DNA from: Patescibacteria group bacterium | GTDB lineage: Bacteria; Patescibacteriota; Minisyncoccia; Phycocordibacterales; Phycocordibacteraceae | DNA: 64,000 nt | Assembly: GCA_040384725.1 (NCBI GenBank) | Contig: JAZKIS010000002.1 | Coordinates: 7,682-71,681, forward strand | Reading direction: 5' to 3' | Shown: positions 8,274-17,371 of the stretch, one piece after another | Position numbering within the stretch: the first letter of the stretch is position 1 | Layout: each line of letters opens with the position of its first letter | Notes under the pieces: model-generated | What the model was told of the DNA's origin: nothing | What the model saw: the letters and a program-made list of their open reading frames with translations, nothing else | The model's database searches: none | Translations under genes and position numbers: made by a program

Positions 8274-11141
8274 ATGGCGAAAGAACGGTTCGATCACATT
8301 GCGATTGAGAAGTCCGCCCAGGAGAAATGGGAGGCGCTCGATATCTACGCAACGGATCTAACCGACTCCGAAAAAGAATCGTATTACCTACTGTTCGAGT
8401 TCCCGTACCCTTCGGGAGATCTCCATATCGGCCACTGGTTCGCGTTTGCCCTTACGGACATATTCGCGCGCTTCAAGCGCATGCAAGGGAAGAACATATT
8501 CTTCCCGATGGGATTCGATTCCTTCGGTCTTCCGGCCGAGAACGCCGCCATAAAGAACGGTGCGGATCCGGCCGTGTGGACCGAGGCGAACATGGAGCGC
8601 ATGCGCGCGCAGGTACGGACGATGGGAACCTCGGTAGATTGGTCCAAGGAAGTCGTGACGTCGAGCCCTGAGTACTACAAGTGGACCCAGTGGCTCTTCT
8701 CGAAGCTCTATGACCACGGACTCACGTACCGCAAGGAAGCGGCCGTTAAGTGGTGCCCGAAGGACCAGACCGTGCTCGCGAACGAGCAGGTAATCGACGG
8801 CAGGTGCGAGCGCTGCGATTCTGAGGTTGAGGAGAAGTTCCTCACCCAGTGGTTCATGGGAATCACAAAGTATGCGGAGCGCCTCCTTACGGACCTCGAT
8901 CCGCTTCCGTGGCGCGAAGAGATCAAGGACGCACAGCGCGCATGGATAGGAAAGTCAGAAGGCGCGAAGCTCTCCTTCCGTGTCCTCTTTGCAGACGACC
9001 AGAAGAACGAGTGGCGTGACGAGGAGGGAAATCCGGCTCAGGTTGCCGTATTCACTACGAGGCCTGATACCACCTTCGGAGCAACGTATGTCGTGCTCGC
9101 TCCCGAGCATCCATGGGTAGCGGGAGCGCTTGAGCACGGCACTGACGTATTTTCAAACGAGGAAGAGGTCCGTGCGTATATACAGGAGACGTCGAAGAAG
9201 ACCGAGCGTGAGCGCCTCGAGAACAAGGAGAAGACCGGCGTGAAGCTCGAAGGCGTCCGTGCCGTTAACCCAGCAACCAAGGAAGAAATCCCGGTCTATA
9301 TCGCTGACTACGTGCTTGCGTCCTATGGAACGGGTGCGGTTATGGCAGTACCGGCCCATGACGAGCGCGATTATGCGTTCGCGAAGAGGTTCAACCTCCC
9401 TGTTACGCCTGTTATCGATCCGGTCACCGGGGACGAGCAGGAGGACCCGCTCCATAAAGGAAAGATCGTCGCTGTCGTTGAGCATGAAGGGAGGGTGCTC
9501 TCGATACACTGGAAGCCAGAGCTCGGCGGCCGGCTTCTCGTGGGCGGCACGGTCGAAGAAGACGAGGACCCTGCCGTAACGGCTGCACGGGAGATTACGG
9601 AAGAGACCGGCTATACCGATCTCGAGCTCGTGGAGCGTGCCGAGGAGATGGTGCATCACGGGTATTTCGCCTTCTCGAAGAATCAGGCGACCCTCGCGCA
9701 TACCACGCTCCTCCACTTCAGGTTGAACAGCGACGCGTGTGACGAGCAGAAGCTCGAAGACAACGAGAAAGGAAAGTTCGAGGTCGAGTGGGTTACGGTC
9801 GAAGAGGCGGAACGCGAGATCCATGACGACCAGCATCTCTATGCGCTCGCGCGCTTTATGAAGCCAGGTGCCTACGTAGGAGACGGCCTCCTACGGAATT
9901 CCGGCCAGTTCGATGGCAGGGATAACCGCGAAGCGATGAGCGAGATCGTCGACTTCGTCGGAGGCGAACGCGTCACGAACTATCGGCTCCGTGACTGGCT
10001 CGTCTCTCGTCAGCGCTACTGGGGCTGCCCGATACCGGTCGTCTACGACCCTGAAGGCGCCGTACACCTGATCCCGTCCGAGCATCTCCCGTGGACCCTG
10101 CCAACGGATGTCGACTTCTCGCCGTCAGCAGAGTCTCCGCTCGCGACCTCGAAGGAGCTCAAGGAGCGCGTCGAGCGCATCTTCGGCGAAGGATGGACCC
10201 CTGAATACGATACGCTCGATACCTTCGTCGATTCTTCGTGGTATTTCCTACGCTATCTCGACGCAAACGACGAGAACGACTTCTCGGACCAGTCGCTTCT
10301 GAAGAAGTGGCTCCCGGTTAATCGGTACTCAGGGGGCAGCGAGCACACGACCATGCACCTGCTGTATTCGCGCTTCTTCCATAAGGCGCTCTACGACCTC
10401 GCGCTCGTGCCGACGCCCGAGCCGTTCGAAGAACGCTTCAATCGCGGACTCATCCTCGGCACCGATGGGCAGAAGATGTCGAAGCGCTGGGGCAACATCG
10501 TCAATCCGGACGAGATGGTCCAGAAATTCGGTTCCGATGCGGTGCGCATGTATCTCGCCTTCATCGGTCCATATAACGAACCGGGGAGCTATCCGTGGAA
10601 GCTTGATGGTGCGGTGGCGATGCGAAAGTTCCTCGACCGCGTCTTCCAGCTCTCAGAGAAGGTTGCGGACGAAGCAATGACCGAGAGCGAGCGAGTGTCG
10701 CTCGCAAAGGCCATAAAGAAGATAACGGGAGATACCGAGCGCTTTAAGTTCAATACGGCCATATCAGGACACATGGTGTTGGTTCGCGAGCTCGAGAATG
10801 CTGACGTCGTCTCAAAGGAAGCGTACCTCGCTCTCGTATCGCTTATGGCGCCGTTCGCTCCGCACCTTGCAGAGCATCTATGGGAGCGGATGGGGGGCGA
10901 GGGTAGCGTGCATACTGCTTCATGGCCGGAAGAGATCGCTGTTGAGGAGGATACCGTCGTTATAGGGGTACAGGTGAACGGGAAGCGAAGGGGGGAGATC
11001 AGCCTTGCTAAGGGCGCCTCAGAGGAGAAGGCCATGGAGGCGGCGAAAGCCGATGAGACCATTGGCCGCCTCCTTCATGAAGGCGTCCTGGACAAGGTGG
11101 TCTACGTTCCAGGCCGGATCCTGAACCTGGTGATAACATGA
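8274..11141 (+). CDS. leuS: leucyl-tRNA synthetase with an inserted NUDIX hydrolase domain
   Basis: HIGH-type motif (PYPSGDLHIGHW), CP1 editing motif TTRPDTTFGATY, KMSKR; 955 aa with ~130 extra residues carrying a perfect Nudix box GGTVEEDEDPAVTAAREITEETGY. Confidence 0.95.
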   Translation: MAKERFDHIAIEKSAQEKWEALDIYATDLTDSEKESYYLLFEFPYPSGDLHIGHWFAFALTDIFARFKRMQGKNIFFPMGFDSFGLPAENAAIKNGADPAVWTEANMERMRAQVRTMGTSVDWSKEVVTSSPEYYKWTQWLFSKLYDHGLTYRKEAAVKWCPKDQTVLANEQVIDGRCERCDSEVEEKFLTQWFMGITKYAERLLTDLDPLPWREEIKDAQRAWIGKSEGAKLSFRVLFADDQKNEWRDEEGNPAQVAVFTTRPDTTFGATYVVLAPEHPWVAGALEHGTDVFSNEEEVRAYIQETSKKTERERLENKEKTGVKLEGVRAVNPATKEEIPVYIADYVLASYGTGAVMAVPAHDERDYAFAKRFNLPVTPVIDPVTGDEQEDPLHKGKIVAVVEHEGRVLSIHWKPELGGRLLVGGTVEEDEDPAVTAAREITEETGYTDLELVERAEEMVHHGYFAFSKNQATLAHTTLLHFRLNSDACDEQKLEDNEKGKFEVEWVTVEEAEREIHDDQHLYALARFMKPGAYVGDGLLRNSGQFDGRDNREAMSEIVDFVGGERVTNYRLRDWLVSRQRYWGCPIPVVYDPEGAVHLIPSEHLPWTLPTDVDFSPSAESPLATSKELKERVERIFGEGWTPEYDTLDTFVDSSWYFLRYLDANDENDFSDQSLLKKWLPVNRYSGGSEHTTMHLLYSRFFHKALYDLALVPTPEPFEERFNRGLILGTDGQKMSKRWGNIVNPDEMVQKFGSDAVRMYLAFIGPYNEPGSYPWKLDGAVAMRKFLDRVFQLSEKVADEAMTESERVSLAKAIKKITGDTERFKFNTAISGHMVLVRELENADVVSKEAYLALVSLMAPFAPHLAEHLWERMGGEGSVHTASWPEEIAVEEDTVVIGVQVNGKRRGEISLAKGASEEKAMEAAKADETIGRLLHEGVLDKVVYVPGRILNLVIT

Positions 11142-11143
11142 AG

Positions 11144-11172
11144 TTGACTTTAAAAGCTCAATCTGGTATAAG
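11144..11172 (+). promoter_or_regulatory. sigma-70-type promoter TTGACT-17-TATAAG
   Basis: TTGACT 11144-11149, 17-nt spacer, TATAAG 11167-11172, ~17 nt before ATG at 11190. Confidence 0.55.
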
Positions 11173-11189
11173 AATACCACACTAATCGT

Positions 11190-12281
11190 ATGGCAAAATC
11201 AACAAAGAAGGCGGCTCCGGCCCCAAAGAAGGCTCCCGCAGCCAAGAAGAAGGCCGTAGCGTCTATCTCATTTGATACAACTACGCTCGTAAAGCGTCTT
11301 CTCGCTGAGGTGCCTGAGCGTGCTCGCGAGGTGCTCGTATTCCGCTTCGGTCTCGGCGCTAAGTCGAGCCGTGACACCCTCGAGGCTATCGGCGAGCGCT
11401 GGAGCATCACGCGCGAGCGCGTACGCCAGATCGAAGCTGCAGGCATCGAGTCTATCCGCAACAGCAAGGCCTTCAAGGACTCTCAGGACTCCTTTGACGA
11501 GCTCTGCCAGTACATGACCGCGCTCGGCAGCATCATCCCTGAGGACGAGCTTCTCGAGGGCCTCGCAACGGATGAGAAGTCCAGGAACCGCTTCCGTTTT
11601 CTCCTCGTCGTTGGAAGCTCCTTCTTCCGCGAGCGCGAGACCGACGATTTCTATGCACGATGGCATGTTGATCAGAAAACCGCCGAAGCGGTGCATGGCG
11701 CACTCTCTCGCCTCTATGAGACACTCGACGACGCTGAGGTGCTCGCTGAGGGCGATATCATCAACCGCTTCCTCGAGGAACTGAAGGACGTGAACAGCGC
11801 GTACCGCAACGAGGAGATTCTTAAGCGCTGGCTCACCATCTCGAAGACCATCGCGAAGAACCCGCTTTCAGAGTGGGGTAAGGCGCACGCGCCTGCGATC
11901 CGCACGAAGGGTATCCGCGACTACGCGTACCTCGTGATCAAGCAGAAGGGCGAGCCTATGCACTTCGGTGACGTGGCGAAGTCTATCGTCGAGGTCTTCA
12001 ACAAGAAGGCGCATGTCGCAACGACTCATAACGAGCTCATCAAGGATTCCCGCTTCGTACTCGTCGGTCGCGGCCTCTACGCGCTCGCTGAATGGGGCTT
12101 CTCTCCAGGCGTTGTGCGCGACGTGATCAAGAACGCGCTTGAGAAGGGTCCTCTCAATCGTGACGAGATCATCAAGGAGGTGAAGAAGGTCCGCTACGTG
12201 AAGGACAACACCATCCTCGTGAACCTCGGCGACACGCGGTACTTCAAGCGCAGCAAGGACGGCACTTACACAGCGGTGTAA
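11190..12281 (+). CDS. sigma-70 region 4 (HTH) domain protein with K/A-rich histone-H1-like N-terminal tail
   Basis: MAKSTKKAAPAPKKAPAAKKKAV tail; EVPERAREVLVFRFGLG...RWSITRERVRQIEAAGIESIRN is a sigma-70 region-4 HTH; no region 2. Confidence 0.7.
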   Translation: MAKSTKKAAPAPKKAPAAKKKAVASISFDTTTLVKRLLAEVPERAREVLVFRFGLGAKSSRDTLEAIGERWSITRERVRQIEAAGIESIRNSKAFKDSQDSFDELCQYMTALGSIIPEDELLEGLATDEKSRNRFRFLLVVGSSFFRERETDDFYARWHVDQKTAEAVHGALSRLYETLDDAEVLAEGDIINRFLEELKDVNSAYRNEEILKRWLTISKTIAKNPLSEWGKAHAPAIRTKGIRDYAYLVIKQKGEPMHFGDVAKSIVEVFNKKAHVATTHNELIKDSRFVLVGRGLYALAEWGFSPGVVRDVIKNALEKGPLNRDEIIKEVKKVRYVKDNTILVNLGDTRYFKRSKDGTYTAV

Positions 12282-12299
12282 ACACATTCCGTACACACA

Positions 12300-12335
12300 G
12301 AACGCCTCGCTCACTGCGAGGCGTTCTTGTTTTGT
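12300..12335 (+). terminator. Rho-independent terminator
   Basis: GAACGCCTCGC-tcac-TGCGAGGCGTTC followed by TTGTTTTGTT. Confidence 0.8.
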
Positions 12336-12350
12336 TGCTATACTTCGAAC

Positions 12351-13730
12351 ATGTCATCAGGCGGACACGGCGGAGGGGGACTACCGTTCCTCGATATTAT
12401 CGAGAACTGGGTGCATGGCGTGCATGAGGAAGGAGGTACAGCGGTTCAGCTCAAGCCGCTCCTGATCGCGTTTGCCGCCGAGATCATAGCGTTCTTCTTC
12501 GTGGCGCCTGCGCAATCCGTTACGAACTTCCAGTTCCTGCTGTTCGCTGCCCCGCTCTGGATACCGATCGTCTTGTACCCGTTCACGCTGAAGCGGTATA
12601 TCGATGCGAACAAGCTCGCATTCATCGCGAAACAGGATCACGTGCTGCTCGAGATTAAGATGCCGCGTGATACGCGTCGTACGCCCTTGGCTATGGAGAC
12701 GGTATTCTCGAGCATGCATATCGGCGGCGGCGAGACGACCTGGTACAAGCGCATCATCGAGGGGCGGTCACGCCCTTGGTACTCCTACGAGATAGCCTCC
12801 ATCGGAGGGCGTGTGCACTACTTCGTCTGGATGCGTGCCGGCTGGCGGCGTCCGTTCGAGAGCTATATCTACGCGCAGTATCCTGGCGTCGAGGTTATCG
12901 AAGCCATGGACTACTCCCGCCTCATTGATCCGTCGCATGAGCCGTATACCATGACGGCGTTCGAGTTCATGAAAACGAAGCCGGCCCCGTATCCCATAAA
13001 GACGTATGTCGAGTACGGACTCGACAAGGTGCAGAAGCCGGAGGAGCAGGTTGATCCGCTCGCGCAGATGCTCGAGGTTATGGGATCCCTCGGACCCAAG
13101 GAGCAGCTCTGGCTGCAGTTCGTGGTGCGTATCCATAAGGGAGAGAAGTATGGCGAGGACCAGAAGCGCACCTGGAAGGACGAAGCGAAGGAGGTTCTCT
13201 CTGAGCTGAAGGAGGAAGACGCCGTTACGAACGAGTACGTTGATGCGAATGGCGTAAAGAAGACGAGCGTTAGCTACCCGAACCCAACGCGCGCCATGGC
13301 GAGCCGCATCGAGGCTATCGAGAAGAATACCGGCAAGCAGGCGTACGACGTCGGCATCCGCGGTATCTATTGTGCGCCGAAGGATTCTGCGTACGGCACC
13401 ATGGGCGGCGTGCTCGTTAACCTCTTCAAGCCGTACAACTCAGAGCAGTTCAACTCCCTCATGCCGAGTAACGGCCGCTGGTCAAACCATTTCAATGATT
13501 ATCCTTGGGAGGACAAGCACGGGCATCATGCTGCGCACGCTAATCATGGCGTGCTTGAGTTCTATCGCATGCGTGCGTTCTTCCATCCACCGTATATCGG
13601 CGAGTACAACGTCATGAGCATCGAAGAGCTCGCAACCATGTACCATGTGCCATCGAGCTCGGTTACGACGCCATCCTTGCCGCGCATCCAGTCGACGACG
13701 AGCGAGGCGCCGAGCAATCTTCCTACGTAG
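12351..13730 (+). CDS. hypothetical protein (Gly-rich N-terminus, 2 TM, large soluble domain)
   Basis: Start at MSSGGHGGGG 6 nt after TGcTATACT (12336-12344); the ORF-track start 12327 is TTG inside the terminator T-tract. Confidence 0.5.
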   Translation: MSSGGHGGGGLPFLDIIENWVHGVHEEGGTAVQLKPLLIAFAAEIIAFFFVAPAQSVTNFQFLLFAAPLWIPIVLYPFTLKRYIDANKLAFIAKQDHVLLEIKMPRDTRRTPLAMETVFSSMHIGGGETTWYKRIIEGRSRPWYSYEIASIGGRVHYFVWMRAGWRRPFESYIYAQYPGVEVIEAMDYSRLIDPSHEPYTMTAFEFMKTKPAPYPIKTYVEYGLDKVQKPEEQVDPLAQMLEVMGSLGPKEQLWLQFVVRIHKGEKYGEDQKRTWKDEAKEVLSELKEEDAVTNEYVDANGVKKTSVSYPNPTRAMASRIEAIEKNTGKQAYDVGIRGIYCAPKDSAYGTMGGVLVNLFKPYNSEQFNSLMPSNGRWSNHFNDYPWEDKHGHHAAHANHGVLEFYRMRAFFHPPYIGEYNVMSIEELATMYHVPSSSVTTPSLPRIQSTTSEAPSNLPT

Positions 13731-13768
13731 TCGAGCGGGTTTCAAGCCTACTCCGTCAGCAATTGAAA

Positions 13769-13795
13769 CAGCCGCCCGATGGACTCGGGCGGCTG
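13769..13795. terminator. bidirectional hairpin between convergent genes
   Basis: CAGCCGCCCG-atggact-CGGGCGGCTG perfect 10-bp stem. Confidence 0.6.
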
Positions 13796-13805
13796 TGCCG
13801 TTCGG

Positions 13806-14276
13806 CTATGCGGCCGGTTTAAGAACCTGTCCAGTTTTCGTGACGACCACCGTTGCTCCGGGAGCATGGTCCTCTCGGTTGACCGGCCAGTCAATGATAT
13901 AGCTGACCTGATCTGGAAGCTTCACGCCGGGGTGTCGTTCCTGAAGCGCCTTGATCGCAAACGGAAGATCGGTGAAGCGATCGAACCAAACCGCGATGTC
14001 CCGATACTCGTCGTTGGTGAGCATCACCTGGCCGAAAATGCCGGAATCAGTAAAGCCTTCTTCGAAACTCAAGGCGTATTTGCCCGGAGGCATCCTCATC
14101 TTAAATTTCTCCATGCCTGGTTCGGCATCTCGCTTGTTGTTCAGGCGTTCGATAACGGCCGTGTCATAAATAACCAGCAGCAGGTCCGGATCATGCTTCT
14201 GGCCGAAGAACCTAGGCTGTTCTCCCGGTTCTCTGGGTTGGCGCTCTTCGACCACGATTCTTGTCACCATATCCAT
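13806..14276 (-). CDS. hypothetical protein
   Basis: 156-aa ORF with balanced composition and strong SD AAAGGAGG 6 nt upstream; the overlapping + ORF 13779..14369 is Arg/Cys-rich and judged a shadow ORF. Confidence 0.55.
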   Translation of the reverse strand: MDMVTRIVVEERQPREPGEQPRFFGQKHDPDLLLVIYDTAVIERLNNKRDAEPGMEKFKMRMPPGKYALSFEEGFTDSGIFGQVMLTNDEYRDIAVWFDRFTDLPFAIKALQERHPGVKLPDQVSYIIDWPVNREDHAPGATVVVTKTGQVLKPAA

Positions 14277-14318
14277 GGCAACCTCCTTTCATCTAGACAG
14301 AAGCTAGCACGCATTGCA

Positions 14319-14355
14319 GAAAGGTTCCAACATCGTCCTAGACTGCCAGCGATAA
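14319..14355 (+). repeat. copy c of the intergenic repeat family
   Basis: GAAAGGTTCCAACATCGTCCTAGACTGCCAGCGATA. Confidence 0.45.
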
Positions 14356-14371
14356 GTGCTACAGTTTAGCT

Positions 14372-14614
14372 ATGAATAAAAGAGAAGCCGTTCAATCAGG
14401 GAAAACATACGAGCACTACAAGGGTGGGCGCTACACGGTCCTTTTCGTTACTGAAGAGACTACAAATGCTCGGAAGGGTAATGCGGGTGGAGTTGTATAT
14501 GTCTCTCATACATATGGCAAGATCAAGCACCGAGACTTTGACGAGTTTACAGAAGAAATCGAGTGGCCTGATGGTGTTGTGCGCCCGCGCTTCATCCTTG
14601 CTGAGAAAGAATAG
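14372..14614 (+). CDS. DUF1653 family protein
   Basis: YEHYKGGRYTVLFVTEETTNAR...VVYVSHTYGKIKHRDFDEFTE...VRPRFI matches the DUF1653 pattern (YRHYKGGxY...VVY...RP). Confidence 0.7.
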   Translation: MNKREAVQSGKTYEHYKGGRYTVLFVTEETTNARKGNAGGVVYVSHTYGKIKHRDFDEFTEEIEWPDGVVRPRFILAEKE

Positions 14615-14645
14615 CTCTGACATCGTTCCCGACTGCTCGCAGCAA
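14615..14645 (+). repeat. copy d (partial) of the intergenic repeat family
   Basis: CTCTGACATCGTTCCCGACTGCTCGCAGCA. Confidence 0.35.
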
Positions 14646-14686
14646 AAGAAAACCGCCCAATCCACTTCCGTGGTATACCTTCATGC

Positions 14687-15715
14687 ATGAAAGGAGCGCG
14701 CGTATTCGTCGGTCTATCAGGCGGCGTTGACTCTGCCGTAACGGCGGCCCTCTTGAAAAAGGACGGTGCTGATGTCGTCGGCGTATTCATCAAGGGCTGG
14801 TATCCGCCCGGCATGCCCTGCACCTGGACACAAGATCGGAGAGACGCGATGCGTGTCGCGGCCAGACTCCATATACCGTTCGAGACACTGGACGCTTCGA
14901 GCGAGTACAAGCAGGGCGTCATAGACTATCTGCTCGCAGAATATAAGCGAGGACGAACCCCGAACCCGGACGTCATGTGTAACCGAGAGGTTAAGTTCGG
15001 AGCATTCTATCGCTACGCGAAGGAGCGCGGTGCAGACTACATCGCAACGGGGCACTACGCACGTGCCGAGAACGGACACTTGTATCGGGGCATCGATGCA
15101 AGCAAGGATCAGAGCTATTTCCTCTGGGCGGTGCCTAAGGATGCTATGTCCATGACGCTCTTTCCGCTCGGAGGGACGCGAAAGGTCGATACGCGCGGAC
15201 TCGCGAAGCGCTTCCATCTTCCGAATGCTGCGAAGAAGGATAGTCAGGGCATATGCTTCCTGGGCTCTATCTCCATAGAGGAGTTCCTCGTCTCAGAGTT
15301 CGGTAGCGAACCCGGTGTGGCACAGGACGCACAGGGAAATCAAGTGGGGCTCCACGACGGCGCCATACTGCACACGCTTGGCGAACGCATCGCACTTAGG
15401 GACGCTGATGCGGGTCCTTGGTATGTCGTACGGAAAGATATCGAGAGAAACCTCCTCGTTGTATCAGAGGAACGTCACACGACTGAATCAACCCAGGGAA
15501 TCAACCTTACCGATACCAACTGGTTCCAGGAACCGGAACCCGATGAGCGATTCTCCGCTCAGTTCAGATATCACGGCTCCCGTATCAGCGGTTCTCTTTC
15601 TGAAGACCGGTCTCTGTTCCTGCTGGACGCGCCGCTCCCCGAGCCGCTCGCCAGCGGCCAATCCCTTGTTATCTATAGAGGCGACGCAGTTGTCGGAGGC
15701 GGCATCATTGCCTAA
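14687..15715 (+). CDS. mnmA: tRNA-specific 2-thiouridylase
   Basis: PP-loop SGGVDS, NPDVMCN, catalytic Cys in QGICFLG context; TGgTATACC 7 nt before ATG. Confidence 0.92.
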   Translation: MKGARVFVGLSGGVDSAVTAALLKKDGADVVGVFIKGWYPPGMPCTWTQDRRDAMRVAARLHIPFETLDASSEYKQGVIDYLLAEYKRGRTPNPDVMCNREVKFGAFYRYAKERGADYIATGHYARAENGHLYRGIDASKDQSYFLWAVPKDAMSMTLFPLGGTRKVDTRGLAKRFHLPNAAKKDSQGICFLGSISIEEFLVSEFGSEPGVAQDAQGNQVGLHDGAILHTLGERIALRDADAGPWYVVRKDIERNLLVVSEERHTTESTQGINLTDTNWFQEPEPDERFSAQFRYHGSRISGSLSEDRSLFLLDAPLPEPLASGQSLVIYRGDAVVGGGIIA

Positions 15716-15750
15716 GAGCCTTAAAATCGAGGATGCTATGATACGGGTAA

Positions 15751-16584
15751 ATGAAGCCTGAGATCATCAAAGCAGACGGGACCGTAGAGATATTCGACGG
15801 CGTAAAGCTCGAGGCTTCGCTCGTGCGTGCCGGAGCAACCCAGTCGACCGCTGAGCGCATTCGCCACACCATCGAGTCCTCAATGGGCAACTCGGCGGAG
15901 AGTGCAGAGATATATCGCCGCGCATTCCAGATGCTTCGCCAGGAGGCTCGTCCCGTAGCCGCTCGCTATAGTCTACGGCGTGCGCTCTTCGATCTCGGTC
16001 CGTCAGGGCACCCGTTCGAAGACTTCGTTGCGGAGCTCTTCAAGAAGGAGGGATGGACCGTTGAGGGAAGGAGAATGATTCCAGGAAAGTGCGTACCGCA
16101 CGAGGTAGACGTATACGCGAAGCGCGGAAACGAGCACCTCGCTGCAGAGCTCAAGTACCACAACAGCCCTGGCTATAAGACTGACGTGAAGGTAGCGCTT
16201 TATGTAAAGGCGCGTTTCGACGATATCTGGCAGTGCAAGGAGGATGATGCGAAGACGTGCCCGGTTGATCTCGGGTATCTCATCACGAACACGAAGTTCA
16301 CGCGCCAGGCGATCGATTACGCAACTTGTTCCGGCATGGGTCTCCTTGGCTGGAGCTATCCTCACGAGGGGAATCTCTATGACCGCATCATCGCGAACAG
16401 CTTGTTCCCCGTAACGGCACTCACCACGCTCAAGAAAGCGGAGAAGCGGCTCCTTATCGACAAGGGTATCGTTACCTGCGACCAGGTGCGCGAGAACCGC
16501 GATGTTCTGCGAAGCGTCGGCCTTACGCCTGAGCGCATCGGGACGGTAGTGGCTGAGGTTAATACGCTATGCGCGAAAGATTAA
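15751..16584 (+). CDS. ATP-cone domain fused to Mrr-like (restriction endonuclease fold) domain protein
   Basis: N-terminal IIKADGTVEIFDGVKLEASLVRAG resembles the NrdR/NrdA ATP-cone; the middle FEDFVAELFKKEGWTVE...VDVYAKRGNEHLAAELKYH resembles the Mrr_cat core. Confidence 0.6.
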   Translation: MKPEIIKADGTVEIFDGVKLEASLVRAGATQSTAERIRHTIESSMGNSAESAEIYRRAFQMLRQEARPVAARYSLRRALFDLGPSGHPFEDFVAELFKKEGWTVEGRRMIPGKCVPHEVDVYAKRGNEHLAAELKYHNSPGYKTDVKVALYVKARFDDIWQCKEDDAKTCPVDLGYLITNTKFTRQAIDYATCSGMGLLGWSYPHEGNLYDRIIANSLFPVTALTTLKKAEKRLLIDKGIVTCDQVRENRDVLRSVGLTPERIGTVVAEVNTLCAKD

Positions 16585-16585
16585 T

Positions 16586-17368
16586 ATGACTGACTTCAAG
16601 CGATACAACCCGAATCGGAGTCCGGACTGGAACTATGGCGGCAAGAAGTGGCGCTTGTCGCGCTCAAAGATTGAGTTCTTCGTAGAGTGCCCGCGTTGCT
16701 TCTATGTAGACAATAAGCTCGGAACCAAGCGCCCTGGGTATCCTGAATTCACGCTCAACAAGGCGGTGGACGCGCTTTTCAAGAAAGAATTCGATGCGCA
16801 TCGGAAAGCCGCAACGGCGCACCCGCTTATGCAGCAGTACGGCATCGATGCGGTCCCGTTCGTGCACGCGAAGATGGATACATGGCGGGAGAACTTCGAG
16901 GGCGTTGAGTTCAAGCATCCTTCTACAGGATTCGTTATCTCGGGAGCCGTAGACGATATTTGGATAAACAAGGCAGGGGAACTCATCGTTGTTGACTACA
17001 AGGCAACGTCAAAGCCGGGCACCATAGAGACGCTCGGAGATTCGAGCTGGAACGAGCAGTACAAGCGTCAGATGGGCGTGTACCAGTGGCTTCTCCGGAA
17101 TAACGGATTCGAGGTCTCTTCGATGGGATACCTGGTCTATGCGAACGCGAGCGCGGACAAGGAGGCATTCGATGGCAGGCTCGAGTTCGAGGTAACGATC
17201 GTTGAATGCGAAGGACAGTCGGAATGGATAGATGAGATTCTGCCGAAGATAAAGGAGACACTCGAGAGCGATGCGATACCGGCTATTGGAGAAGCGTGTG
17301 AGTTCTGCCCATACCGCGAGGCTGCGGGAAAGAAGCTTCTCGCAATGCACCAAGCAAAGAAAAAATAA
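16586..17368 (+). CDS. RecB/Cas4-like PD-(D/E)XK nuclease with CxxC...CxxC (putative Fe-S or Zn) cysteines
   Basis: ELIVVDYKATSK (RecB-type hhhDYK), QYKRQMGVYQWLL (QxxxY), Cys pairs CPRC near the N-terminus and CEFC near the C-terminus. Confidence 0.65.
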   Translation: MTDFKRYNPNRSPDWNYGGKKWRLSRSKIEFFVECPRCFYVDNKLGTKRPGYPEFTLNKAVDALFKKEFDAHRKAATAHPLMQQYGIDAVPFVHAKMDTWRENFEGVEFKHPSTGFVISGAVDDIWINKAGELIVVDYKATSKPGTIETLGDSSWNEQYKRQMGVYQWLLRNNGFEVSSMGYLVYANASADKEAFDGRLEFEVTIVECEGQSEWIDEILPKIKETLESDAIPAIGEACEFCPYREAAGKKLLAMHQAKKK

Positions 17369-17371
17369 CTT

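Noticed and set aside
8327-8671. Several 60-115-aa ORFs nested in alternative frames of leuS, lysS, dnaK and other large conserved genes (e.g. 8327-8671, 10108-10302, 41249-41596)
   Set aside because: Out-of-frame overlaps inside strongly supported conserved genes; composition is typical of frame-shifted translation of GC-rich sequence.
13779-14369. 196-aa + strand ORF overlapping the 13806-14276 region
   Set aside because: Arg/Cys/His-rich, low-complexity translation with no SD. The opposite-strand 156-aa ORF has protein-like composition and a strong AAAGGAGG SD, so the minus-strand gene was kept.
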